A stretch of 27,432 bases of DNA from a virus (taxonomy: Duplodnaviria > Caudoviricetes). Where the stretch lies: IMG/VR virus record IMGVR_UViG_3300012952_000101, positions 1 through 27,432 of that record, one strand, 5' to 3'. The translations under genes were made by a program, and so were the position numbers. Below, one piece after another: positions 1-8,736 of the stretch (positions are counted from its first letter, which is position 1; every line of letters starts with the position of its first letter). A model generated the notes under the pieces. The model was given only the letters and a program-made list of their open reading frames with translations, was not told the origin of the DNA and did not search any database.

Positions 1-1692
1 AATAGGAGTAGCACATTGTTGAGCTGCATCCATTCCTCCGCTTATCAAACTCATAGTTGTTCCTGTCATAGGACTAATAGCATTAGAGTAAAACCTGTCG
101 CTTAAAGTCCCCCCATTATCTGAGTTGTTACACGGATAAAGCTCTTGTATTATTCCTGTTCCCGAATATCCTTGCGCAGCATTACCACCAATTCTTGCGG
201 CAAATTCAGGGCTGGCGCACATAGCGGTTACATCAGGATAATCTACAGGACAAGTAAATGTCATTGACACATTAAAGGGAGAAGATTGAACAAAAGTGCT
301 GGCCGCTACACAGTCAGCCGTCCCTCCTGGATTACAAATTAATTGATTTTGTTCTATAGAAAATGTAAAATTAAATGTAGTTCCAGCTACTATATCTCCT
401 GCTACTGGATTTGCATTAGTTAAATCCCATATAAGAACAGATTCTTGACCAGCCGTTCCTGGACCAAAAGTATAAGCAGAATCATTAGTTAAAGGATTTG
501 TAGTTCCCCCATCTCCAATAGCCTCTCCTGCAATCTCTTTAGAGTTAGGAGCCGTCCAATAATCTATATCTATTTCTGCTCCTCCCGGAGTAAGAGTTAC
601 ATCATACCCGTCTACATAGTTTCCGTACATTAAACGATTACCCTGTATGGTTTGAGCTTTAGCTGTTCGAGGAACATTATCATATAATCTTAATAATTCG
701 TCTGAACCTAAAGTAGTATATATCTCACTATTAGCAAAAGAAACAGTTTCGTAACTATTATTAGGTATTCCTAAATCTTGTTTATTAAATCTTTTTATTA
801 CATATATAACATTAGAGGTGCTTTGTTTGTATAAAAGATCAATTTCTTTTACTCGCTTTGAACCTGTAGAAAAAGTAACTCTACACGCATTAAAACGATT
901 TCTCATTCCAGAGTTTAGGTAATTCTGAATACTAAACCTAAAGTCATTAGGCTGGTATGCGGGAGTGCTAAATAAAGATGTAGCACTATATTGGCCGTCA
1001 GCATATCTATATCTATATCCAAAACACAAAAATCTGGTTTCCATATAATTCTCTTGCCCTACTAAACGATAAAGCTCTACTTCAGGGGAGCCTAAAGGCA
1101 TGTATTGACTTGATGCTGTGTCAAAATCTTCATACCCCGGAGGTTTTACAATAACACTTACATCTTCTTCTTCAAATATATTATCTACACCGGCCAGTGG
1201 ATAATCATAATCTGAAGTTACATTTATAACCCTGGGTGGATTTAAGTCATCTGTCCAAAATAAAAGATTATCTATTTTGTTAACTCCTGTTATAAGGTAT
1301 TTAAAATCAAATTGTAAAACTTCGGTGCTAATACAATGATAAACTAAGGACCCTGTATTAGTATTATACGAGACTACTAAATCTACAACTCCTGTTACAA
1401 CAGAGTTTGGGTTGTTTTCATTATGAACAAACCAATAAATAGTTTCATTTATTCCATCTTCATAAGCCCCAATACACCTAACATCCCCTTGCAAGGGTTG
1501 ATTATTATATTCTAAGGTTGTTAAAATTGTGTTTCCTCTTGAGTTTTCTACCGCTCCAATTTCTGTGTTTTCAGTAGAACCCAAACGTACATTTAGCGCG
1601 TCTATATATTCTCCTGGCGGAACAAGTCTTTCGTCAATAGACTTATTCATTTTACCTGCTACAAAATTTGTTGATGTTAGTTTTGAACCCAT
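1..1692 (-). CDS. Tail stabilisation/muzzle protein (P22 gp10-like, crAss-like type); runs off the window edge
   Basis: Not in the ORF track. ATG at 1692, 1 nt after the previous stop. Hand translation gives MGSKLTSTNFVAGKMNKSIDERLVPPGEYIDALNVRLGSTENTEIGAVENSRGN, later 'LLFWTDDLNPPRVINV' and 'RTAKAQTIQGNRLMYGNYVDG', motifs I recognise from this family. Confidence 0.85.
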   Translation of the reverse strand, partial: MGSKLTSTNFVAGKMNKSIDERLVPPGEYIDALNVRLGSTENTEIGAVENSRGNTILTTLEYNNQPLQGDVRCIGAYEDGINETIYWFVHNENNPNSVVTGVVDLVVSYNTNTGSLVYHCISTEVLQFDFKYLITGVNKIDNLLFWTDDLNPPRVINVTSDYDYPLAGVDNIFEEEDVSVIVKPPGYEDFDTASSQYMPLGSPEVELYRLVGQENYMETRFLCFGYRYRYADGQYSATSLFSTPAYQPNDFRFSIQNYLNSGMRNRFNACRVTFSTGSKRVKEIDLLYKQSTSNVIYVIKRFNKQDLGIPNNSYETVSFANSEIYTTLGSDELLRLYDNVPRTAKAQTIQGNRLMYGNYVDGYDVTLTPGGAEIDIDYWTAPNSKEIAGEAIGDGGTTNPLTNDSAYTFGPGTAGQESVLIWDLTNANPVAGDIVAGTTFNFTFSIEQNQLICNPGGTADCVAASTFVQSSPFNVSMTFTCPVDYPDVTAMCASPEFAARIGGNAAQGYSGTGIIQELYPCNNSDNGGTLSDRFYSNAISPMTGTTMSLISGGMDAAQQCATPI

Positions 1693-1693
1693 A

Positions 1694-2626
1694 TTATTTT
1701 AACCATTTATCCTGGCCTCTTAAATTTTGTAAGAGTCGTCCAGGGTGTATATTACTTAATCTTAATTTTGCATTACGAAGCAAAGAAGATTTATCTTTCC
1801 TTGCTCGATTAATTACATATTCTTGAACCCCGTATCTACCATTCAAAATAGCAAATTTAATATATGCGTATAAAAATTCTTCAAATAATTTATTTACACT
1901 TACACTGGAGTCATCGCCATTCTCCATACCGTCTGATACATATTCTAATACTACCATTTTACCAGACATAACTGAATTAAAATTAATGACTCCTCCTTTT
2001 TTGTTTATACTAAAAGTAGGGTTTACGTTTGCAGTTTCAGTATTTAATCCAAATCTATTTCCTATTTGATAATCAAAATACCAACAACCATCTATACACC
2101 ATCCTTCTTGACCATTATAAGGACCTTGTCCTAAATACATATTTTTTTGAGTACCATCTATTCTTTGTTTGTCCCAAAAAGATTTATCAGGTTTTAATAC
2201 ATTTCCGTCAATATCAAATAATACCCTGCAATCATTATCTTGCAAATAAGCTCCACTCCAATTAGTCTGAATGTTTTCAGTTAAAGGGTATAACATACCG
2301 TCTTTTTCCCAAGATATTCTTACCCAATTTACATAATCAGGAGGAAGGATAAATCTTAACTGATCGCAAATTGTTAATTCTAATATTTTAATTTCTTTCA
2401 TCGCATCATAATTCAATTCTTGAATACCTCTTTTTGCGTGAAATAAAACTTGATATCTATTTATATTATTAATAATTTCATTGTTACCTTGAAACATTAA
2501 CATAAAATTATTTACAATATCTTCTAAAGAAACATATTGATAAGAACCCCAATTAGCATCTGAAGGACTATTAAAGGGTGGTCCAATATTATTTTCGTAA
2601 TAAACGTAATCTGTAATATATGCCAT
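1694..2626 (-). CDS. Structural protein, tail ring/adaptor type
   Basis: 310 aa ORF with 'FHAKRGIQELNYD' and 'LPPDYVNWVRIS', located between the tubular and muzzle genes. Confidence 0.7.
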   Translation of the reverse strand: MAYITDYVYYENNIGPPFNSPSDANWGSYQYVSLEDIVNNFMLMFQGNNEIINNINRYQVLFHAKRGIQELNYDAMKEIKILELTICDQLRFILPPDYVNWVRISWEKDGMLYPLTENIQTNWSGAYLQDNDCRVLFDIDGNVLKPDKSFWDKQRIDGTQKNMYLGQGPYNGQEGWCIDGCWYFDYQIGNRFGLNTETANVNPTFSINKKGGVINFNSVMSGKMVVLEYVSDGMENGDDSSVSVNKLFEEFLYAYIKFAILNGRYGVQEYVINRARKDKSSLLRNAKLRLSNIHPGRLLQNLRGQDKWLK

Positions 2627-2628
2627 AA

Positions 2629-3582
2629 TTAACTGCTTTCTTGTATTTCGTTAGTTTCTTCTGTTTTCCCAAAATTATACACATCTGCCTCTCTAATCTC
2701 TATTCCTACATATTGACATATTTTAGCAATCAGTGTTGGTTCGTCTGAATCTGGTAGTTCAAACTCCTGAAAGTCTGCCTGTGTAGGGTCAAACTGAGGC
2801 TCTCCTAATGCTAAATTTTGCCACGTCCATCTTGGAGTTAAAGGGTAACGAACGTATTGTGTTCTAATAGCCGCCCTTTGCCTTATACTGGTAGGGTAGA
2901 CTGTTATGTTATTTCCGTCTAAAACATAAGCTGGAAAGCTTTTAGTAGGAGCGGTTAACATAGAGTTAGTTAAATAAAATATTTTACTTTGAGTAACTCT
3001 TTCCACTTCTTTTATTCTGGTATCTTTATAAATAACATAATTTTCCCCTACAACTCCAAATATATCAGCACTTAAAGTTATTGTCGTTCCACTCAGTACT
3101 CCTGTAACAAAAGCTTCTTGTAAAGTAGTAGTGTTTACCACAATACTACCTATGGGAGGCGTAGGAGCTGAAGCGGGAATAGTAGTCCATCCTACAGCTG
3201 CCGCATCAACTAATTGATTAGCTACAACCGCTGTTGCTGTGCCTGTAAATAAAGGGTCTGAATAATAATATAATTTATTTATTAAATAATAATCATTAGG
3301 TAATGAAAATATATTTTGATTTACTTGGGTTAAAAACAATTGTACAGAAAAAGTATCCATAACTTCTTCCAGTCCTTTTATTATATCCGCATACCCGGTT
3401 CCAGACATCCTGGAATTTTGTTTATTAATCCAACTATTATACGCATAAAAATAATCTTCAAACATATCTAACTGCGCTTGTTTAGCGTAAAGATTAAAAT
3501 CTTGAGGAGATATATATCCGTAATTATTTTTATTAGCAATAGCTAATACTGTATTTCTAACTTCATTTATAGATGCCGCCAT
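2629..3582 (-). CDS. Tail tubular/ring (head-tail adaptor) protein with an inserted beta-rich module
   Basis: 317 aa with 'NKNNYGYISPQDFNLYAKQAQLDMF', 'LPNDYY' and 'YVRYPLTPRW'; position fits. Confidence 0.7.
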   Translation of the reverse strand: MAASINEVRNTVLAIANKNNYGYISPQDFNLYAKQAQLDMFEDYFYAYNSWINKQNSRMSGTGYADIIKGLEEVMDTFSVQLFLTQVNQNIFSLPNDYYLINKLYYYSDPLFTGTATAVVANQLVDAAAVGWTTIPASAPTPPIGSIVVNTTTLQEAFVTGVLSGTTITLSADIFGVVGENYVIYKDTRIKEVERVTQSKIFYLTNSMLTAPTKSFPAYVLDGNNITVYPTSIRQRAAIRTQYVRYPLTPRWTWQNLALGEPQFDPTQADFQEFELPDSDEPTLIAKICQYVGIEIREADVYNFGKTEETNEIQESS

Positions 3583-3598
3583 TCTTTATAAAGATTTT

Positions 3599-3608
3599 TA
3601 CAAAGATA
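3599..3608 (-). promoter_or_regulatory. Bacteroidota-type -7 promoter element TATCTTTGTA
   Basis: Matches TAnnTTTG, intergenic, 16 nt upstream of ATG 3582. Confidence 0.75.
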
Positions 3609-3610
3609 AT

Positions 3611-3650
3611 AAAAAAAAAGAGGTCTACTTTTTTTGTAAACCTCTCTTTT
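3611..3650 (-). terminator. Intrinsic terminator
   Basis: - strand AGAGGTTTAC-A7-GTAGACCTCT hairpin (one G-U pair) followed by a long T run, just after the stop at 3668. Confidence 0.85.
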
Positions 3651-3667
3651 AAATGTAAATTAATACT

Positions 3668-4471
3668 CTATGACCAAGTAAATGATGCTGCCCATTGAAT
3701 ACCTTGCGTACCGCTTGATACTGTTAAAGGCATTACACCGGAATTAACTGTCCATCGAGACTTCATAATTTCTAATGCTTCTTCTTTAAATTTAATAAAG
3801 TAAGCATCGTCAGTTACTGTGTCTCCCATAGCAATAGCTAATTTTTGACTTGTAGCCCCTCTTTTGTAATGAATTGTTACCTCTCCATCAGAAGCGTTAC
3901 CTCTAATCTCAGTAGCATTATCTAAACGAACTTTTTTAGCTCCATGCTCCCCTTTATCACTTAAAATAAAGAAAGTGTCTCCGTTAATGATTCCAAAATT
4001 CGTTCCTGCTAACATAAGAGTAGTGTCATCTACAACTTTAGCTACAGTAAAGTTTTTAATTGCTCCCGCAGTCGTACAACATACTGTGTCTCCTACTGAA
4101 ACGTTTTCTGTAAACTTTGCTCCTGACAACACAACTTTAGAAGCATCAGCTGCCGCTATAATATCATAAGCAGTACCACTTGCTGATAAACCTTCTGCAC
4201 TTGTAGCTGAAGCCCCTGGTCCAGAAATACTTAAAACCGTCTCACTATCTACCGCTGTTACTAAAGCCCATGATCTTACAGGGTAACCCGCAATACCTGT
4301 AGTGATAACCGCATAATCTCCCACAGCTACTCCTGTAGTTATAAATGTTTGAGTGCTATCGGTTAGTTTTCCTGTAGTAGCCGCATCCGTTGTACCCGAG
4401 TCCACAGCAGCTGCATTTGTTGCCGTAGAACTTGCGTACATTTGTACTGGTAAATTAATATATCTATACAT
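3668..4471 (-). CDS. Virion decoration-like protein with two inserted beta-rich modules
   Basis: Start re-assigned to ATG 4471 (MYRYINLPV), 5 nt after the upstream stop. The longer 4540 start overlaps the upstream gene. Confidence 0.7.
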   Translation of the reverse strand: MYRYINLPVQMYASSTATNAAAVDSGTTDAATTGKLTDSTQTFITTGVAVGDYAVITTGIAGYPVRSWALVTAVDSETVLSISGPGASATSAEGLSASGTAYDIIAAADASKVVLSGAKFTENVSVGDTVCCTTAGAIKNFTVAKVVDDTTLMLAGTNFGIINGDTFFILSDKGEHGAKKVRLDNATEIRGNASDGEVTIHYKRGATSQKLAIAMGDTVTDDAYFIKFKEEALEIMKSRWTVNSGVMPLTVSSGTQGIQWAASFTWS

Positions 4472-4476
4472 CTTAC

Positions 4477-4776
4477 TTATGCTACAGCTATTGCTGAAAC
4501 CGCCTGAGCAGGAACGTATGCAAATGCAACATCCGTCCAAGAAGTTTTTAAAGCTTCCTCCATAGCGTTTTGTACCGAGTCTCTCATTTCTAAAGTTGTA
4601 GATACCGCAGCATGAGTTAATGTTACTGTATTACCACTATTGTAAAAAAGAGTAGTACATGTTGTTGGGTTAGATCCAGTTCCTCCTGTATCTCCGATTT
4701 GCACAGAAATTACATCAGAACAGCTCACTAACATTGGTGTTTCTCCCGTAACAGGAGTGTCTAAAAATTTGTCCAT
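4477..4776 (-). CDS. Small virion/decoration-like protein (99 aa)
   Basis: ATG 4776 (MDKFLDTPV) with an A/T-rich leader. The TTG at 4809 lies inside the promoter element. Confidence 0.75.
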   Translation of the reverse strand: MDKFLDTPVTGETPMLVSCSDVISVQIGDTGGTGSNPTTCTTLFYNSGNTVTLTHAAVSTTLEMRDSVQNAMEEALKTSWTDVAFAYVPAQAVSAIAVA

Positions 4777-4804
4777 AATTAATAATTTTAATGGGTTAAT
4801 AAAG

Positions 4805-4814
4805 TGCAAAGATA
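4805..4814 (-). promoter_or_regulatory. -7 promoter element TATCTTTGCA
   Basis: TAnnTTTG match in intergenic DNA upstream of 4776. Confidence 0.75.
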
Positions 4815-4830
4815 AACAATATTATTTATA

Positions 4831-5139
4831 TTACAGAGAGACATTGGTTGTCACATCTCTGGTAGTTAGTGTAGATAATGTGAACTGCTGGTCACTTGCT
4901 AAAGCATCCAGTATCTCTCTCTTAAATATTATTTGCGTATCCTCAAAATAAGTAGACGCCCATAGCGTGGTGATTATTGTGGGCCTCTTTCCGCTTTTAG
5001 TCCGGTCATTATATATTATAGTTATCTCCCCTGTCCCAGGAACGACTCTCACTGCTAAAATATTAGTTATCGGAATCAATGTAAATCCTCCAGGCGCAGC
5101 AGGTTTTAGTTTTTCATATATTTTTAAGTATTTTTCCAC
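4831..5139 (-). CDS. Small hypothetical protein, probable divergent paralogue of 4477-4776
   Basis: 102 aa, GTG start, MEKYLKI N-terminus, fills the gap between a promoter and the next gene. Confidence 0.7.
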   Translation of the reverse strand: MEKYLKIYEKLKPAAPGGFTLIPITNILAVRVVPGTGEITIIYNDRTKSGKRPTIITTLWASTYFEDTQIIFKREILDALASDQQFTLSTLTTRDVTTNVSL

Positions 5140-5141
5140 CC

Positions 5142-5151
5142 TACAAAGATA
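5142..5151 (-). promoter_or_regulatory. -7 promoter element TATCTTTGTA
   Basis: TAnnTTTG core at 5144-5151, 4 nt from the GTG start. Confidence 0.7.
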
Positions 5152-5152
5152 T

Positions 5153-5185
5153 AAAAAAAAAGCACCTGTTTAAGGTGCTCTCTTT
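5153..5185 (-). terminator. Intrinsic terminator
   Basis: AGCACCT-TAAAC-AGGTGCT hairpin plus T run immediately after the stop at 5187. Confidence 0.85.
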
Positions 5186-5186
5186 A

Positions 5187-5987
5187 TTACTCTTCCATAG
5201 ACTTGGTTTTCTTTTTAGCCTTGGGTTTATTATCTCCTTTTAACATACGATTAAGTAGTTTGTAGGTTTCAATACCTTCATCAGTTTGCATATAAGACGC
5301 TGCAATATCTTGAGGGTCTTCTCCAAACGGAACTGTCAATAATTTAGTTTTGTTTGTAGGAAGGTTAAAATAAATATCTCTATTTTTATTCTTAACCAAT
5401 AATAAGCTTGCTCCAAAAAACTTAGCTACATCATCATATACCTGAAGTGACGGATCGTTCAACATGTCAATAAACTCTACAGGATTGTTTCGTGAAAACA
5501 CTAACATATCTCTACGAAGTTCAGCTGTGCTTTTTCTGTCTGATCCAGCTCCAAATAAAACTCTGGATAAACTTTCTAAAGTAGAAAGGTCTAATTCTTT
5601 TGCTAAAACTTGAGCATCTAAAATTAATTCTTCTACTTCTAATTCTTCAGCGGCATCGACCTCTTTGTTCACCTCCTCAAACGTTTGTCCGTTTTGCGGG
5701 TGATAATATAAAAATTCTTGCAACACTTGATTTCCTCTATCTACATTTAAAAACCCATCTTCAAAAACAATAGGTTCTAAAATAGCATTACCATCTTGCT
5801 CGTCTTCAAATGGACTTTTCTGGTTTCTTGCATAACGTAAAGCTCGGTTGGATCCTAACTCTTCGTCAAAATAAAGTAATGGGGTTCTTTTGTTGTTATG
5901 AGACGCCAGCATAAAAGCTAATGGCGCTACATCTGTTTTTAACCTGTATTGTTTAGCGACAGGTGTTCCTTTTTTTCTTTTTTTCAT
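5187..5987 (-). CDS. Conserved phage protein downstream of the MCP (function unknown)
   Basis: 266 aa ORF with 'RALRYARNQKSPFEDEQ' and 'PIVFEDG..LQEFLYYHP'. Confidence 0.8.
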   Translation of the reverse strand: MKKRKKGTPVAKQYRLKTDVAPLAFMLASHNNKRTPLLYFDEELGSNRALRYARNQKSPFEDEQDGNAILEPIVFEDGFLNVDRGNQVLQEFLYYHPQNGQTFEEVNKEVDAAEELEVEELILDAQVLAKELDLSTLESLSRVLFGAGSDRKSTAELRRDMLVFSRNNPVEFIDMLNDPSLQVYDDVAKFFGASLLLVKNKNRDIYFNLPTNKTKLLTVPFGEDPQDIAASYMQTDEGIETYKLLNRMLKGDNKPKAKKKTKSMEE

Positions 5988-6010
5988 TTTATTATAATTT
6001 AATTAAAGTT

Positions 6011-6044
6011 AAAAAAAAGGGGAGGAGTTTAACCCTCCCCTAAA
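6011..6044 (-). terminator. Intrinsic terminator after the major capsid gene
   Basis: AGGGGAGG/CCTCCCCT GC-rich stem followed by T8 on the - strand. Confidence 0.9.
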
Positions 6045-6057
6045 TTAATTGTGCTTA

Positions 6058-7500
6058 TTAGTCTCTAAATAAGAAGAAGTTGTTTGCACCTAAAGTACAT
6101 ACAGCTCTTTCCGATAAGAAGTTAACTTGCATCTTGTCTATATCAGACGTTCTTGCTCCACCAGCAGAACCAGTGATCCAAGTTTTGTAACGTCTGTCTT
6201 CAGTTTCAGAAGCTCTATATCTAACGTGTAAGAATGGTCTCTTAGCGTTCTTACCTAAGATTTGGTCATAAACCGTAGTAGAACCAGCTGGAACCATAAG
6301 CCCATTGATTGCACCACCAGTTAAACCACCTCTCATAGTAGGATCGTTTAAGTATTTCCAGTCTTGCTTATAGAAGTCATAACCTCTACGGAATCCTGTA
6401 AATCCTAAGTTTAGAGCCATTTCCTCATCATTGTCAAATAAACCATATGAAGTACCACCAGCTCCGTAAGAGTTTTGTGCCGCTAACATATCGTCAATAT
6501 CAAATGAGAAATCTCTGTTTACAAAAAGAACATTTTCTTCAATAGATCCTTGTTTATCTAATCTTTGGATTACTGAATCAAAACCTGCAAGAGCAACTGG
6601 GTTACCACCACTCCATACATTTCCTCTTGTGTTTACTACATAGAAAACTCCTTCAGAACCTTTATTACCTTCTGGACCTGTAGTACCTGCTGCTCCAGAA
6701 CCAGCTTCTGCTGGAACTGCTTCAACCATTGCAGTTTCTAAATAGTCTTCAAAACGAAGTCTTGTTTCGTGCTCAGACTTCAGGTACCATAGGTATCCTG
6801 AACCTCCGTTCTCAGTAGTAATTTCTACCCATCCAATTTGAGCCATATCTGAACCGCTTACCTCGTAAGTGTCTTTGATTATGATTGGAGAGTTTTCGAA
6901 TATAAAGTCTTGAGACTCTAAAGATCCAGTCATTCCTGCTTGACCTTTTTTAAACTCAGACCCGTAAATAAATATACTACAATTTACACCTGCCGCTACT
7001 GCTTGACCAGCTGCTTCATAGTAAGCTACAGTTATTGTAAATGGTGCTCCTGTAGAAACAGCTGTTACAATAGCTTTATTGCTTAAAGTTGAACCTGCAG
7101 TTTCGTCAGAAATCATTACAGTTTGACCTACTCTGATTGCTGCATAACCATTTGCTGGTGCAGATGATGCTGGTGGAGAAGCTGGGTTAACTTGCGCTGT
7201 TGGAATAGTCCAAGTTGCATTGTTAGCTGCTGCTGCTCCCGCAGACGTACATGCTGTATATTTAGTGTGTAACCTTCCTTGCTCAGCCCATTTTATAAGG
7301 TCTGAATTTGAAGGCATTTCAGCGCCTACCATTCTTAAGAATGATGCTACTGTTCTGTTACCATAACGCTCGAACTCTTTTTCATAAGTATCAGGAAGAT
7401 ACTGATTTAAAAAGTCAAAGTTAGTTAGGTAGTTTGATGCTAAGGCTACTTGCTGCGCGCTTGGCTGCAAGTCAAAGCCTGGTGTTCCTAATACTGACAT
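6058..7500 (-). CDS. Major capsid protein
   Basis: 480 aa, follows portal and acidic scaffold, ends in a strong terminator. 'KWAEQGRLH', 'IIKDTYEVSGSD' and 'FLSER..CTLGANNF' are typical of this phage group. Confidence 0.88.
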   Translation of the reverse strand: MSVLGTPGFDLQPSAQQVALASNYLTNFDFLNQYLPDTYEKEFERYGNRTVASFLRMVGAEMPSNSDLIKWAEQGRLHTKYTACTSAGAAAANNATWTIPTAQVNPASPPASSAPANGYAAIRVGQTVMISDETAGSTLSNKAIVTAVSTGAPFTITVAYYEAAGQAVAAGVNCSIFIYGSEFKKGQAGMTGSLESQDFIFENSPIIIKDTYEVSGSDMAQIGWVEITTENGGSGYLWYLKSEHETRLRFEDYLETAMVEAVPAEAGSGAAGTTGPEGNKGSEGVFYVVNTRGNVWSGGNPVALAGFDSVIQRLDKQGSIEENVLFVNRDFSFDIDDMLAAQNSYGAGGTSYGLFDNDEEMALNLGFTGFRRGYDFYKQDWKYLNDPTMRGGLTGGAINGLMVPAGSTTVYDQILGKNAKRPFLHVRYRASETEDRRYKTWITGSAGGARTSDIDKMQVNFLSERAVCTLGANNFFLFRD

Positions 7501-7517
7501 TTTTTTTAATTTTTAGT

Positions 7518-8678
7518 TTATACTTTTTTTATACTTTTAATTTTAAGTCCTCGTCCACTACTATTGTCTCCTACAGCTCTAATTTTTAAACCATCTTTAC
7601 TGAATGTTTGAGGGGCTTTACGCATGTCCATATTAATGTTTTTTGATTTTTTAGAAACATCATCTACAGCCGCGGTCATTCCCTGATTGTAAAAAAATTC
7701 AGCAAATTTGTCTAAATTCATAGCTACTGCCATCGCCTTATGATAACCCCGAGCATCTTTCATTAATCCGCTGTCACTATCCATGTATTTGTTTACAAAG
7801 TTATTGACATCAGATTGTTTGCTTTTTAACTCGTCTTTATCTCCAGGTTTAAACGTAAAACTCTTTTCTCCGATATTGAACTCAAAACCTTTGAACTCAT
7901 CGTTAAAAACCTCATTGGTTTTATTTAAAAAGTAGTCATACCTTTTTTTACGAGCCTCTTCAGTAGTCTTCGACTCCTTTACATAACTTTTATAACTATC
8001 CAGCTCTTCCTGATTAACACCTGACAATCCACCCCCACTTGACTCAAGAGGAGCTTTATACTTGTCTTGTTGTTCAGTTAAAAACTTTTTAGCTTTAACA
8101 AGTTCTCTTTTTTTGGCTAACTTCTTTTTCTTAATATCTTTTGGATCATCCAGCTCTTCGTCAAACGAAAACTTTTCATCCATAATATCTCTAATATCCT
8201 CACTATCTAAACCTTCTTCAGTTGTAGAGTAGTAAGCAGTTAGCACTTGGTCCCCATCCATTTCGCTGTAATCTTTTTGTAACTCGACAAAATCTTTAAT
8301 CCCACGTCCAGTCTCTTTTTTGAATTTAAAATACGCTGCAACATCCTCTGGTAAATCTTCATTATCATTTTTTGCGTCAAATAACTGATCTACCGATTCG
8401 ATATCTTTATCGTATCTATTTTTAATATAAGAAAGAACATCTGCATCATTTAACTCTGATGCGGTAGTTTTGTCTTGTGTTTCTGTTTCCTGCTGTACTT
8501 CTTCTTGTTTCGAATTGGGCTCGGTACTTTCAGTGCTTGCATCCACTCGCTCCACGTTAGTGTCACTTTCTGTAACGTTTTGACTTTCTTCATGCTCTTT
8601 AAGTAACTTCTCCTCAATTTCTACTTTGGATTTTTCAACCCCACTTACGTCTTTTACGACAAATTTATTTTCTTCCAT
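7518..8678 (-). CDS. Putative capsid scaffolding protein
   Basis: 386 aa, very acidic and helical, between portal and MCP. Confidence 0.65.
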   Translation of the reverse strand: MEENKFVVKDVSGVEKSKVEIEEKLLKEHEESQNVTESDTNVERVDASTESTEPNSKQEEVQQETETQDKTTASELNDADVLSYIKNRYDKDIESVDQLFDAKNDNEDLPEDVAAYFKFKKETGRGIKDFVELQKDYSEMDGDQVLTAYYSTTEEGLDSEDIRDIMDEKFSFDEELDDPKDIKKKKLAKKRELVKAKKFLTEQQDKYKAPLESSGGGLSGVNQEELDSYKSYVKESKTTEEARKKRYDYFLNKTNEVFNDEFKGFEFNIGEKSFTFKPGDKDELKSKQSDVNNFVNKYMDSDSGLMKDARGYHKAMAVAMNLDKFAEFFYNQGMTAAVDDVSKKSKNINMDMRKAPQTFSKDGLKIRAVGDNSSGRGLKIKSIKKV

Positions 8679-8697
8679 TTTATTTAATTTAAATTTT

Positions 8698-8707
8698 TAC
8701 AAAGTTA
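8698..8707 (-). promoter_or_regulatory. -7 promoter element TAACTTTGTA for scaffold-MCP
   Basis: TAnnTTTG match in the portal/scaffold intergenic region. Confidence 0.7.
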
Positions 8708-8736
8708 ATACTAATTTTATTATATTTTTAAGCATA

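Noticed and set aside
4472-4540. Cys-rich N-terminal extension MDGCCICIRSC of the 290-aa ORF
   Set aside because: Artefact of choosing the longest start; it overlaps the upstream gene in another frame.
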